The position numbers were made by a program, and so were the translations under genes. From NCBI RefSeq assembly GCF_009914755.1, contig NC_060928.1: a DNA stretch of 64,000 nucleotides. One strand, given 5' to 3'. Below, piece by piece: positions 38,104 to 53,902 of this stretch. Each line of letters starts with the position of its first letter. The stretch's first letter is position 1. Source of the stretch: the human T2T-CHM13v2.0 reference genome, Homo sapiens. The notes below the pieces were generated by a model. The model saw only the letters and a list, made by a program, of their open reading frames with translations, made no database searches and was not told the DNA's origin.

Positions 38104-40465
38104 TAGGTATACCTCTCTTTGTGCTTTGCAAATGTGTTTTTTACAAATTGATGGTTTGTAGCAACTGTGTGTCGAGCAAGTCTATGAGTGACAGTTTTCC
38201 AACAGCATGTGTTCACTTTGTATCTTTGTGTCACATTTTGGTAATTCTCACAATATTTCAAACTTTTTCATGATTATTGTATCTGTTATGATGATCTCTA
38301 ATCAGCGACCTTGTTGTGACTATTGTAATTCTCTTGGTGCACCATGAACTGCACTCATGTCAAATGGCAAACTTAATCAATAAATGTATCTGTTCTGACT
38401 GCTCCACCAACCAGCCATTCCCCCATCTCTCTCCTTGTCTTTGGGCCTCCCTATTCCTTAAGACATGAGACTATTGAGATTAGGCCAATTAATAATCCTA
38501 CAATGGCATTTAAGTGATCAACTGAAAGGAAGAATCAAAGGACTCTTACTTTAAATCTAGAAATGATTAAGCTTAGTGAGGCAGGCATGTTGAAAATTGA
38601 GATAGACTAAGAGCTAGGCCTCATGCACCAGACAGTTAGCCAAACTTTGAATCCAAAGGAAAAGTTCTTAAGGGAATTTAAAAGTGCTACTCCAGTGGAC
38701 ACATGAATGATAAGAAATCAAAACAGCCTTATTGCTCATATAGAGAAAGTTTTAGTGGTCTGGACAGAAGATCAAACCACATCATTCTCCTAAGCTAAAG
38801 CCTAATCCAGAGAAAGGCCCCAACACTCTTCAATTCCATGAAGGCTGAAAGAGGTGAGGAAGATGCAGAAGAAAAATTTGAAGCTAGCAGAGGTTGGTTC
38901 ATGAGGGCTAAGGAAGGAAGAGTCATCTCCATAACACAAAAGCACAAGATGAAGCAGAAAGTGCTGATACAGAAGCTGCAACAAGTTATCCAGGAGATCT
39001 AGAAGATAACTGATGAAGCTGGTGCCACTGAACAACAGATTTTCAATGTAGACAAAACAGCCTTCTGTTGGAGGAAGATGCCACCTAGGACTTTCATAGC
39101 TAGAGAGGAGAAGTCAATACCTGGCTTCAAAGCTTCAAAAGGCAGGCTGACTCTCTTGTTTGGGCTAATGTGGCTTATGACTTTAAGTTAAAGTCAATGC
39201 TCATTTATCATTTGAAAATCCTAGGGCCCTTAAGAATTATACTAAATCTACCCTGCCTGTGCTCTATAATGGAACAATAAGGCCTTGATGACAGCACTTC
39301 TGTTTACAGTATGGTTTACCGAATACCTTAGCTCACTGTTGATACCAAGTGCTCCGAAAAAAAAATATTTCTATTAAAATATTACTGCTCATTGACAATG
39401 CACTCAGTCATCCAAGAGCTCTGATGAATATATACAAGGAGATTAGTGTTTTCATGCCTGTTAACACAACATCCATTCTGTGGCCCGTGGATCAAGGAAT
39501 AATTTCCACTTTCAAGTCTTATTATTTAAGAAATAGATTTTGTAAAGCTATTGCTGCCATAGATAGTGATTCTTTTGATGAATCTGGGCAAAGTAAATTG
39601 AAAACCTGAAAACCTTCTAGAAAGGATTCACTATTTTAGATACCATTAAGAAAATTAACGATTCATGGGAGGAGGTCAAAATATCAACCGTAACAGGAGT
39701 TTGGAAGAATTTGATTCTAACCATTATCGATGATTTTGAGGGGTTCAAGACTTTACTGGAGGAAGTCATTGCAGATGTGGTAGAAATAGCAAAAGAACTA
39801 GAATTAGAAGTGGAGTCTAAAGATGTAACTGAATTGCTGCAATCTCATGATAAAACTCTAATGGATGAGGAGTTGCTTCTTATGGATGAGCAAAGAAAAT
39901 GGTTTCCTGAGGTGGAATCTACTTCGAACATTGTTGAAATGATGCCATGGCTTTAGAATATTACATAAAGTTAATTGATAAAGCAGAGGCAGAGTTTGGG
40001 AAGATTGACTCCAATTTTGAAAAGTTCTACTGTGGGTAAAATGCTATCAAACAGCATTGCATGCTATAGAGAAATCTTCTGTGAAAGAAAGAGTCAATCA
40101 ATGTGGCAAATTTTATTGTTGTCTTATTTTAAGAAATTGCCACAACCACCTCAGCTTTCATCAATCACCACTCTGATCCATCAGCATCGAGGCAAGACCC
40201 TCCAACAGCAAAAAGATCATGACTCACTGAAGGCTCAGATGATCATTAGCATTTTTTGGCAATGAAGTATTTTTACATTAAGGTATGTATATCTTTTTTT
40301 AGACATAATGTTATTACACACTTTGAAGACTATAGTATAGTATAAACATAACTTTTATATGCACTGGGAAGCCAAAAATATTGTGTCACTCTCTTTATTG
40401 TGATGTTCGCTTTATTGCGGTGATCTGGACCCAACCAAACCTGCTATATCTCTGAGTTATGCCTG
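38104..40465 (+). mobile_element. Near full-length Tigger1 with a decayed pogo-like transposase
   Basis: Terminal repeats taggtatacctc and gagttatgcctg flanked by TA; about 2.36 kb; DDE-domain remnants [11 protein letters not shown] and [23 protein letters not shown]. Confidence 0.9.
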
Positions 40466-40914
40466 TATAGATATAGAGAAAGAGATTGATTATAAGGTAT
40501 TGGCTCACATGATCATGGAAGCTGAGAAGTCCCATGATCTGCTGTCTATAAACCAGAGACCCAGGAAAGCCAGTGGTGTCATTTGAAGGCCTGAGAGTCC
40601 AAGAGTCACTGATATAGATTCCAGTTTGAGTGCCAAGTCCTGAGAATCAAACCTCTGAGGGCAGGAGAAGCTCAATGCTCCAGCTCAACGGTCAGAGAGT
40701 GAATTCAACTGTTCTTAGCCCTTTTGTTCTAAACAGGTCCTCAGTGGATTGAATGAGGCCCATGCACACTGGGGAGGGAAATCTACTCAGCCCATCAACT
40801 CAAATACTAATTCCTTCCAAAAACACCCTCACAGACACACGTAGAGATAATGTTTAGCTAGCTATCTGGTTTCTGTTGACACATAGAATTAACTATCACA
40901 AGTGGTAAAAGCAG

Positions 40915-41060
40915 AAAAAATAACTACTGAGTACTGGACTCAATACCTGGGTGATGAAATAATCTGTACAACAAACCCCCATGACATGAGTTTAACAATG
41001 TAACAAACCTGTACATGTACCCCTGAACCTAAAGTAAAAATTGAAGAAAAAAGAAAAGCA
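40915..41060 (+). mobile_element. L1PA-like 3' end fragment
   Basis: tacctgggtgatgaaataatctgtacaacaaacccccatgac...A-rich tail. Confidence 0.8.
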
Positions 41061-42589
41061 AAATATACTAAGGACTATCATACCAGAATTTTGTATAAAC
41101 TTAAACTATTTCAAGTAGTATTTTCTGCTTACCTATAGATTCCTCCATCAGAGACATGTGAATTGGGCTTTGTGGGGGAAAGTGCAGGTGTTTTGGGGAG
41201 GAGTAAAACTGATGCTAATCATTGCTGCTCCCCTATCTTGTGAGATAGGGAAAACAGTCAACATAGGGTTTAGTGAAAAGATGGTGTTAAAGAAGTCTCA
41301 TTGGCTTGGCCTACGGTAGACCTTCTGTTAAACTCTTAAGGGATCTATTGCCATGTGGATTTTGCTCACGTTACTGAAGGGTTTTTATGGGAAGAAATTG
41401 TTAAGCACTGAAGGGGAATTGGGAAATCTGGTATTTCTACTTCCAGCTTTTCTAGACTGCTTGCTGGATGGTTGGAAACAAATGATTAAATTTCCTAAGG
41501 TGCCTCAAACTTATTAAGCTGGGGCCACTCACATACTGGCGGTGTGCTAAGCGGGCTCCTGGGATTCTGTGTCACCAGGCAGTTTGCTCCCAAGAGAACT
41601 GGCTCAGATCCTAGCAGTAAGTGCCAGCGTAACGTTTCACAGCTTTGGGGTGCTGCCTGAGAAGTTGACTCTATTGCTGTTTTGCAGGAGGTGGTGAAAG
41701 AGGCCTGTCGGTTTTAGATGTCTGTTTAGTAAAAGAAAGGACTGTGATGGCAGACTTGCAGCTGGTTTGAAGGAAATGTGGATCCAGCTCTGGAGCTGAG
41801 TCTTAGAGCAAAAGAAGGAATTGGTCCTGCAGAAATGGCCCATGAACGTGGACCAGAGAAACACTTTTGGAGTTTGGCATTTGCAGGTTCCTTGAAAAAA
41901 TGTTTTAAAATTAAAAGTTAAAAAATTTGATGAAGGACTTTCTCATTCAAAGATTTTAGTATTTCCCCATTGCCAAGGGAGATTGGGGGCTAACCAGACA
42001 ATTAGTTGCTTCTTGCTGCAGAGTGGATAAGAGGTTTGGATTGCCTCTTTAAAGGAGAGTAAACCCTGTTTGTTGTGACTGCTTCTGTGATGGGCGATCA
42101 AAGGGCAGTGTGGACGATGAGAATATAAAGGATGACATTTAGATACTCAACCATAATGCTGCATTCTTTACTTTTAAAAAGAGAGAGAAGGAAGAAAAGA
42201 AAATATATCCTTACAATTTTTAAATGTTCTTTAATTTGAGAAAACCCGCCATGGATGGAAGGAAGGACAAACATTTGACATTGTTCAATATTGAGGGCTC
42301 CTGAAGTCTAGTTACCCTGAAATAGCTTTTACCTTCTTGCTTTGAAGTAGTGGGTCCCAAAATCAGTTTGCCCGCTTCTGGTAGGTTTGCTGGGTTAGGA
42401 TGTGAGGTCTGCAGAGAAAGAAAGTTCCGGCTAGATTTCTTACTTACTCAGAGTGGCCCTCCAAACCCTGGTCCGTATCAGAGAAGCAGGAAACCAAAGT
42501 CTTGTCTCCCACCCTTAATTAGCTTTTTGGAACCATCCCACATCACTTTTTCTGTATGTTTCCATGTTCGTGACTATACAATGGCCATT

Positions 42590-42850
42590 GTAACAGCTTA
42601 GAATTTAGGGGCACAGGCTCCAGAGCTACTCTGCAGGGGTTTGAAACTTAGCGCCTCCAATCATGGGCAATGTGACTTCAAACAAGTTGCTTTAATCTTT
42701 CTGTGCCTTAGCTTTCTCATCTGTAAAGTGGAAATGGGATTAGAACATATTTTATAGGATCATTGTGAGGATTAAGTGAGTTCATACATGTTCAATGTTA
42801 GCTGTGTGCCTGGCACATGGTAAGAGTTCAATACATGGGACCTATTATCC
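42590..42850 (+). mobile_element. MIR
   Basis: tgtgacttc...ttctcatctgtaaagtgg...gtgcctggcacatggtaag. Confidence 0.7.
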
Positions 42851-44302
42851 TTGGAAAGGTTGGAAAAAGGATGCATTAAAATAAGTGGAACACATAGAGT
42901 TCTGAACAGAGAGATCCATGTTCCTTTGTCTTCTTTAGCGTAGGTCTATGCTACATTATTTCACAGATAACTTACGATGTTCATAGTGCTGTGCTACGCA
43001 TCCAAGCTCGGCAATTTTAAGACAATTCCTACCCTACAGGGATTTAGAGCTAGGTCAGTAGGAAAGATGGCACACTTAAAGCTGATCAGTTGCAATCCAG
43101 GGCGGTGTATGGGATCAAGTGCCTACACAAGGATAAAGGGTATACATGGTGTAGGATCCTAAAAAGATACGATAAAACATTCATATACGTATAATAGAAG
43201 TCCCCAGAATTATTCAATGCCAATCTTTGAGGTTCATTTTTGCATGCAGTCACAAGATATGAATGTTTAGGCTTTGAAAAGGGAAAAAGAGCCTCTTAAT
43301 CAACTCCAGGTAATGCTTTTTCTGTCCTGCTATAACGATACATGATCATATTTCTCTAATCATGAATCTCGTTGTTTTGCAATTATCTGCTGATGCATTG
43401 CTCTGCTTTACCAGCCCTGGAGGAGTGAAGACTATGTGTTATTCATCTTTATATCCCCTGCCCAGAGCCCATGACCTGCACTTAGTAGGCATTTAATAAA
43501 GGTTGGCTGAAGGAATGAATAAATGCTCAGAGTACATTTCCAGTGTAACTAAAATTGAATGCCACCAACTCCCCTCTTTTGGACATAAATTATAGTACTT
43601 GTCCAGACTCCCTAAATGCCAATTTTTGATCCCCACTTTGCCTCCATACAAAAGGTCTCCAAGTCTTACTTCCATTTACTCTCTCAACATCTCAGTCCCC
43701 ACTATCCTGCGTCAAATGCACCTCATTTTATGTCTGGATAATTACTACAAACACAGCTAGTGTTCACACCTTTGTTCAAACTCTCTCTCCTGCTTTGAAT
43801 ATCCTTTTACCCATCTCATCTGTCTAAACTCCACCTAACCTCTAAAATCAACCATATTTTCCTGATTCTACTTGAAATATTCTGGCATCCCAGACTCTGG
43901 TAACCTGGCTTTTATCTCTCTTCTGATCATAGCTTGTTTACTGCTCTGCATCACTGCTAGAGAGCATCTAATCCTTACAACACCTTTGTGAGAAATCTAA
44001 TAGTCTCCCCATTTTGCAGATGGTAAAACTGAGGCTCACCAGCATTAACTTTCCAAGGTCATGTAACTAGTTTGCTGTCTGACTTCAGAGCTCTTTCTTC
44101 TTTACCTTGCTACCTCACCCCAAGTAAAATGTCAGTTCCTAGGGAGAAGATCCTGCCGATACTTTATCAGCAGACTCTCTTGCAAGTTGCTTTACAAATA
44201 GTAAGAATTCAAATATTAATTAACTTAGAAATCCTGTTTGACTGTACTGTTCTTTAACAGGGATAATGAAGGAGAGGATTATTGGGTAGAATAAAAGCAC
44301 TA

Positions 44303-44602
44303 GGCTGGGCACAGTGGCTCACACCTGTAATCCCAAGATTTCGGGAGGCAGAAGCAGGAGGATTGCTTGAGCCCAAACAGGAGTTTGAGACTAGCCTAAG
44401 CAATATGGTGAAACTCTATCTCTACAAAAAATACAGAAATTAGCCAGGAGTGGTGGCACATGCCTATATTCCCAGCTACTCAGGAGGCTGAGGCTGGAGG
44501 ATCACCTGAGCCTGGGAGTTGAGGCTGCAGTGAGCTGTGATTGCACCATTGCACTCCAGCCTGGATGACAGAGTGAGACCTTGTCTCAAAAGAAAAAAAA
44601 AA
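44303..44602 (+). mobile_element. Alu (J-like)
   Basis: Sense dimer with a poly-A tail. Confidence 0.92.
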
Positions 44603-46209
44603 GGCACTCAACTTTTTTTTTTTAAATGGCAGAAAGTGCACAGTAGCATGGAGGATGATGCAAAAGTCAGCAGACCTGCTAAACGTACATGAATGACCAT
44701 TGACTTCCCACTTTCATGTAGAGTTTAAAGAGAATTGTATTTTTCTCTTACATAGATTATCCCAGCACTCCAGAAATCTTCAGATAGTTTTAAAAAATCT
44801 ATCTAAACATTAAAATGCTAATCACAATGATGATACTGGAATAGCAGATTTCTATGTAAAAACACCAGTCAATCTCAGCAGGAAGTCATTACCAAGGTAG
44901 GAAAAACATTTGGATAGGAAAGACTGTTCATGAGTTACAAAAGCCATTATCTTCATCTCCAAGATCTTTGAAAATGAAGAAAATGTCCACTTGTCTGCTG
45001 GAGTGAAGGAGCAGGAAACAGGACTAGAATAGTGAGCTCAACAGGTTCCTCCTTCATTTGCAAACTTTTCCAAGGCAGACTCTTAAACCAGGAGTGAGTG
45101 TGGGATGGTGTCAACGCAGGTTATAATTACGTGCCAGACTTTAATGCATGCCATCTCAAGCTGTTTTAAGAGTAGCTCATTCTTATGCCTTTATAACTAA
45201 AATAAAACCTTGAAAATGTGTATCATTTTCTTGCTGGAAGAAATAGAAGAGATTATTTAATTCAAACCTTTTTATTTTATACCTGAGGCAACCCAGAGAA
45301 GTTAAGTGATTTACCGAAGGACACAGAGTATCTGATTTATAACCATAAAACCCACCCCAAGACTTTCCCTTGGTATGACGTTAATATTAACTGTTCTACT
45401 CAGGGCCAGGGGATGTTAAGGTAACAGATTCAATCATGTTAATATATCAAGTCCAGCCAAATTGCTAGTGTGAAATGACCTCAAGCAGATTCCCAAAATA
45501 AAAGCAAAAAACAAACAAAACACAGTATTTTCTTGCTTTCCGGGTGCACACAGCTGGGTCTCCTTCATGTGGGTGGGGATTGGAGGCCAACTCACTGCTG
45601 TCTCTCGGGCTTCGGGCTTAGCGCATGATCTGGCTCAGAGCCACACTCTCTCACCGCCTCCTCTCCGTGGTGGGCACCAACCCTCTCTGTGGCTCAGCCA
45701 GCTTTCTCTTTCCCCAGACAAAACAGGTACAGAGCCCTTCCTTTGTCTCAAACCCCATACTAAGTACCAACTCCTTATTATTTATTACCTCACTGAAACT
45801 TCACCAGCACTTCGGGATGCAGGTACAGGAACTGGTAGTTATCTTCATCTTGTAGATTATGTTACAAAGCTATTCTATAGCAAAACTGTAGGGAAAAACC
45901 TTATCTATCACTTCCTGAATGCTGTGGGAACTTTTGGCAAGTTACAGAAACACTGTGACTCAGTTTCCTTATCCATAAAATGAGATAACAATAGTGCAGA
46001 CCTCATTGTGTTGCTGTATCGATGAGGTAATTTGCCAACTAGCTGACTAGAATAGTGTGTGGTACTGTGCAGGCATTATATAAATATGCTGTTATGTTTA
46101 ATTACTATCCTGTCCCCTCAATGCCTCTTACACATCCTGCACGTGGTACAATACGGCCTCAGGTCTGACCCCACACCATGACCTATGGCTCAACCACCTT
46201 CCTTTGTAC

Positions 46210-46842
<633 letters not shown>

Positions 46843-48434
46843 CGTATAGAGTAGCCTTGTATGTGTTCTTGGTCAGATTCCCAGGGAGAGTTTCTGTCTC
46901 AGCCCTGAGTCAGCAGGGCCCTCGCCTGTGATGAATGCCCCCCTGGTACAATCAGCTTTGTCGGGAGAGTGGCATAAGATGCGCTGCCGGCTCAGCAGAG
47001 GCTGTGGGTGTGGCAGGCAGGATAAGGCCATGTCTAAGATATGGTGTCCTCCTGATTTTCAACAAGAAATATTACATGAGCAAATGGCAGGATTATTTAT
47101 TGAGCCATGCAGGTGCGCTCTCTCTACCTTTGCACTCCTCTCCTCATTCTAATTGGTAGTTGGGCCTTTTGAGAATCCGTATATCCAGGGAGTTTGTGTT
47201 TCAGGGGCAAAGCTGAGGTGTTGGAGATTACCACTCTACCTGTGGTAGGTGGATTATGCCAGGTGGCCCAGGGTAATGGGGTGAGAGTAAAAAAAAAAAG
47301 GAGAGGAGGGACACTTTTGTCTCTAAGACTGGGATAGGAGCAGAGTGGAGTGGAGAAGAGGTTAGCCACTCTCCTGCTAGGGGCAGAGATCTGTGTCAGG
47401 ACCCAGTGGAGGGGGTGGGAAGAACCCAGGCCACAGCCTTGCTGAAGACCTGAGCCCCTTTTTGGCATAGAAGCCTTCCAACTAACAGTCTTCAAGTGAC
47501 CACATGAGCTCTGAAAACTATCATAACAGCAGCCATGGAAGGAATGTATCCTAATTTTCTAGACCTCCCAGAATTTCTCATGACTCAGTGGGAGATTGAG
47601 ATTGCCTCCAATCCTAGTGGGATAGAAGCTTAGAGAAACCAAATTGAATTTGTTTGCTTTTGTTCTGTGTGTGGGGAATACTGGTATCCTAGGCCAAGGA
47701 AGCCCAATTTCCCTTGGTGTTTATAGGATAGATAGTCTCATTTACACTTGCAACAAAAGGCTTAGCAACCTGGTCCCTAAGCCAGTGCCTTGCCTATTCA
47801 GTCACTCATAGCTTTAGTTTTTTCTGAGTGGAGACAAGGCCTAACAGTCAGAACATTGCTCTCTCTGCAGCCCCCTACTCCACATCACCCAGGACTATCA
47901 ATCCTAGGATTCTCTCTTGGACGCCTTGCATTCAAACAGCCACCAAATCCTACCTCCACCTGATCTCCTGATCTCCCAAATCCATTCCTCTCTCTTTTTC
48001 TTCATTGTTAATGTTGCAAGCTTCTAGGTGATGCTGGTGTTGCACTCTAGGGACCACACATTGAGGAACACTGATCTATAGGCTCTCTGGTATTATCAGG
48101 TGTCTCAGCAGATTCTTAGATGAATGAAAATGTGAACTCCAGCTTTAGTGCAATTGATACGGGAGGTGCCTATGCCACGTGTTATTTTTTTGTACCAAAC
48201 GTTGCTCTTGGGCTAACGTATCAATTCTATTTCACCAAGAGTAACTTCAGTCCACACTGACTCAAGAAGCCAAGAATGCTGAGATGCATTTCATTCAAAC
48301 ATTCTCCCCTTTGCAGGGAGATCAAGATGGAGGCATCCAGCTTCTGCCAAGGATGTCAGTGCCAGTCCTGTGCAAAACCAGTTCCGGTTCTTTCTAGTTC
48401 TTCACGCAGGCTTGAACAATGATGTGACTGTAAA

Positions 48435-48436
<2 letters not shown>

Positions 48437-48475
<39 letters not shown>

Positions 48476-48477
48476 TG
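48437..48477. repeat. (GT)n microsatellite
   Basis: About 20 GT units with one interruption. Confidence 0.95.
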
Positions 48478-48567
48478 CTAATACGATTTAGGTTGGATTT
48501 GGACACTGAGGAACAGTTCCTGGAGATGCTGAGGATTAGTGGTAGCAGCTGTTATTCTCCCCATTAG

Positions 48568-48671
48568 AGGAAAAACTGAAAGGAGAAGAAAATACTTATG
48601 TTTAAGGGATGTGTTTGCAACTCTGCGGGAGGAAGCCATTCTATCAAGCCTGAAGAAAACTGTGTTCCTAG
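48568..48671 (+). other. REELD1: Candidate REELD1 5' non-coding exon (start uncertain)
   Basis: Consensus donor TAG|GTAAGT at 48671/48672, upstream of the acceptor at 50918 that precedes the ATG exon. Confidence 0.5.
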
Positions 48672-48684
48672 GTAAGTGGATGTT

Positions 48685-48820
48685 TTTATTTATTTATTTT
48701 TGTAGAGACAAGGTCTCCCTGTGATGCGCAGGCTGGTTTTGAACTTCTGGCTTCAAGTGATCTTCCTGCCTCGGCCTCCCAAAGTGCTGGGATTACGGGT
48801 GTGAGCCACCATGCTCAGCT
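48685..48820 (-). mobile_element. FLAM/Alu left monomer
   Basis: Single left arm. Confidence 0.8.
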
Positions 48821-49034
48821 CCAAGTGGATAGTTTTCAGGGTTCAGGTAGACAAGATGCTAGTGGGAAAGAAGACACAGTGAAACCTAAGGCAGGAGGGT
48901 GGGAGGTGGGGCTGTGGCCGTAGTCTGTGAGTCCAGGCACTCACTCCCCTTCCCTTGTAGGCAACTGTGTCTGATCTGCCTTTGGAAAGACCACTTGCCA
49001 TCAGCAAGGACTTGAGGAGCATTTTCATTTCATT

Positions 49035-49196
<162 letters not shown>

Positions 49197-49691
49197 ATTC
49201 AAGGGGCATTTTGTATGTGGCCCTTATGAAAGAAAATGAGAAGAACCCTGAGCCCCCTTGACTGAGAATGTGCTTTTACACAGTTCATCTTCATTATCTC
49301 CTAATGTGTCTGAGAAGCTGTAGCCATGGTTCCTTGTAGTATGGAGATGTGTGACTTTGGTGCTTCATAGAAAACAAACTTAGAAAAGAAAGGCATTGTC
49401 TGAAGGACTCTTATGTCTAAGAAATTTGAGGTATAGATCATATTCCTGTCTTCTTTTAGCTTGTGAATGTAAAAGGTGGTGTTGTGTGAAGAGACAATGG
49501 GAGTGGAGGACACTTGATTATTTGGTTTATGGATTATTTCCTTAGTCTATTGTTCTGATAGCTAGTTTTACTACATTTTCAGGATTTTATTTTCACCTTT
49601 TAAAACCAGCTGACTACAGGGGAGGGCATTTTTTTTTTTTTTTTTTTGCCTTGCATTGTTCCTTAGGTCAAAAAATTAGCCAAACTTCTAA

Positions 49692-50172
<481 letters not shown>

Positions 50173-50782
50173 TAGAGGTAGTAAACAAAAATAAAATTTA
50201 CTCTATAAATGCTATTTTATTCAATCATTGTATTCTATTCCTGAGCCAAAATTGTTATCAGTATGTTTAAGAAGTTATAGAATAAATTGAGTATTTCTTT
50301 CTCTGCTCATCTTCTTTACTAAAAGTAGTGAAATAGCTAAAAACAGCCAAAGAAAGGGCAAAGAGATATCAAAGCATTGCCAGCTTAACAGTCACTTCTA
50401 AATAATTGATAGTTGGTAGATGTTTTGTAGCACTTAACTTGGTAATTTTCAATTGCAACAGAGATAAGATGCTCAGCCAAGCCATCCCATGCCATGCTGC
50501 CTGACCATGGTGGTGTATTGAGTGTCTACTTCAGATAATGTATCAGAGGCCACACCGCCTTTGGGTACCAGTCAGCTTGCAAGGAGCTCACGCTAGGATA
50601 CAAACATTTTCTGGTTTTATTTCTTTGACTCAATAATTAAAGCCTCTCTTTTGAACAACAACAAAAAAAGCAGTCTGGTCTTATGAGAAAATTACAAGAA
50701 CAGAAGTTTTTAAAAAGGTGTTTGGAAATGAAACACTTCCTATAGCCTGGCATTTCCTTTTGATCTTGGCCTTGAACATTAG

Positions 50783-51232
<450 letters not shown>

Positions 51233-51249
51233 TAAATTTGGCTTAATCC

Positions 51250-51520
51250 CTTTTTTTTGTTTTTTGTAGAGATGGAGTCTCACTGTGTTGCCCTGGCTGG
51301 TCTGAAACTCCTGGGCTTAAGTGATCCTCCCACCTCAGGCTCCCAAGAAGCTGGGACTACAGGCACATGCCACTGTGCCCTGCTAATTTTTTGTATTTTT
51401 TTTAGAGACAGGGTCTTTGTATGTTGCCCAGTCTGGTCTCGAGCTCCTGGGCTCAAGTGAACCTCCTGATTCAGCCTCCAAAAGTGCTGGGATTACAGGC
51501 ACAAGCTACCATGCCCAGCC
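51250..51520 (-). mobile_element. Atypical Alu dimer made of two FLAM-like arms
   Basis: Both arms lack the right-arm insert; TSD tggcttaatc. Confidence 0.8.
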
Positions 51521-51954
51521 TGGCTTAATCTTAAGAAGCAATTATCAGGTTAAAAATAAGCATAAAATATTTGTGTCATAAAAACCACATGATAACTAAT
51601 CTCTGTATTAATTGTGATCTGTATAAGAAGACACAAATATTATTATAGATAATTATTTTGTCCTTACCATAAGATATAAATGTATCTTATTACGGACACA
51701 AATATAGTTACTCTGAACAACCTTCATGTATCATCTATGTGTGTGAAATACACTTTTTTCTCATTATTTAAAACTAAAATTCATCCATCAACAGACACTT
51801 TGGTGAGATGATGGATATTTTAATTTGCTTGACTATAGTAACCATTTCACTATGTGTAAGTATATCAAAACATCATGTTGTATACTTTAAATATATACAA
51901 TTTGACATTTTTTAAATTAAAATATTGGGGGATGAAAAAATCATTTCCTGTTCT

Positions 51955-52410
51955 TTTAGTTTAGGTGCCTATAAAAGCAGGGAAAGAACGTGAGCGCAGG
52001 TGGTTTATGTGAGAGATCATCCCAGGAAACACAGGTGAGGAAGAGGGAAAGGGAGCTGGGCAAGAGGAGATGCCAGTCAAGGGCGTGCAACTGAGCAGGT
52101 CTCTGCTGTGGGCAACCGAGGTGCATTCCAGTGGGGACCCTCTGAGAAGCCATGTGAAACACCTCTGAATCATCTCTCAGGAAGATGCAGGGGCAGGGAA
52201 CTTACCAGTTTCGGGTTGCCCCCACCAGGGGTGTTTCTACCTCCATGCCCCGCCCCCACTCCCCAAACTCACACACACTCTTCAGAGTCCACAGCTTACC
52301 TTGGACCAAGCTTGGAAGTGGCAGTGAGGGACAGCAGAGAAGGAAGCTACAGATACTTCAGATGCCACGAAGTGTAGGCAGAGAACTATGCACCCAAGGT
52401 GAGCTCCAAC
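51955..52410. mobile_element. Old ERVL (LTR16-like) LTR
   Basis: gcaggtggtttatgtgagagatcatcccaggaaacac...ctgctgtgggcaac. Confidence 0.5.
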
Positions 52411-52844
52411 ACATCAGCAACTTTTGCCCTAAACCCCTCTTGATTTTTGCTGATTCTTTTGATAGGAACTAAAGGTGATAAACAAAAATGAAATTTACTC
52501 TATAAATATTGTTTTACCCATTCATTTCGCTCTCTTGAGAAGTGTGAAAAAACATGGGTGGATAGTATATGAGTTCAACATCAATATACTCCCCAATATA
52601 CTGAATTAAGTCTATTCTAATAGAGCTTCCCAAACTTTGTCACATCATGACACAGAAAGTGAGTCTGTGTATTTAGCACACCGGGGCAAATGCAAGAGGC
52701 TCCCCAAGGAAGGCCACTTCTTTGGGGGCTCCATCCACCCTAGAGTGCATCCAGCCCCTCCCAGCATGAAGGGATTGGTATGTCAGTATCCTAGTGTTCT
52801 GTGGCTAGGGGAATAACAACGGTAAGAATCAAAACACTATGTCA

Positions 52845-53167
<323 letters not shown>

Positions 53168-53902
53168 CTATGTCAGTGAGAAAAATCTGCAGAAATAACT
53201 AAAAATATTGTGATACCTAAATTCTGAAGGTATCCTGAGGGAAACACAATTGGATTGTAACTGGAACCAAGACAGCATATGTAATAAATGACTTGACAGA
53301 GTGCCTCATGGATTCAATGAGAGTCAGTTATTACTGACTTACGTTGCAAGTATACTGTTTTCTTGCCGGGATCTGTGAGCTCCTTGAAGGTAAGGACCAT
53401 GTTATCCTGCTCATAGATACATACTCAACTCCTAGCATAGTGCTTGGTGTTCAATAGTTCTAAATATTTGTTCAAATGTTTATTAAGAAAAGTTCAAATG
53501 TGTGGAAAATAAAACAATCCTAGACACCAAGCTGCATTTAGCAAACTTATAAAGGTCTGACCCTGATTTTAGCCACTCATTCCCTTGAACATGAGTGGCT
53601 TTTTTAAAAAAAATTTTAAATAGCTTGAAGATATTACATGCTTTAAAAATGTTAGAATACTATCAAAAGGTAGAAAATTAAAAGTACTTTTCCTTCTCTG
53701 GCTCTGAACACTCAATTTGATTCCCCAGAGGTAACCTTTGTTAAGTTTCTTGCACCTCTTTTCAGAAGTTTTCCATGCATTTAAGCATATGTGAGTGAGA
53801 TCTCAAATTAATATAATCTTAAGCAGACACAAATTAAATGTCTGTTTAATGTTTATATTTTTTACCTAACAATCAGACTGATATATTTTATTGGATACAG
53901 AA

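Larger units (their letters stand above)
37224..40900. mobile_element. MLT2 LTR split by MER44 and Tigger1 insertions
   Basis: One part tattagggttctccag at 37224-37303; resumes at 40468 (ttggctcacatgatcatggaagctgagaagtccc...attaactatcaca). Confidence 0.8.

Noticed and set aside
37832-38273. ISISIS/EMEME ORFs
   Set aside because: Translations of a hexamer simple repeat.
39349-40265. Transposase-like ORFs suggesting a domesticated TIGD-type gene
   Set aside because: The frame is broken by stops and frameshifts within an ordinary Tigger1 copy.
48317-48436. Acceptor ttgcag| followed by a Cys-rich mini-ORF (MEASSFCQGCQCQSCAKP...)
   Set aside because: Stops after 31 codons, with no convincing donor or homology; it may be UTR but cannot be supported.
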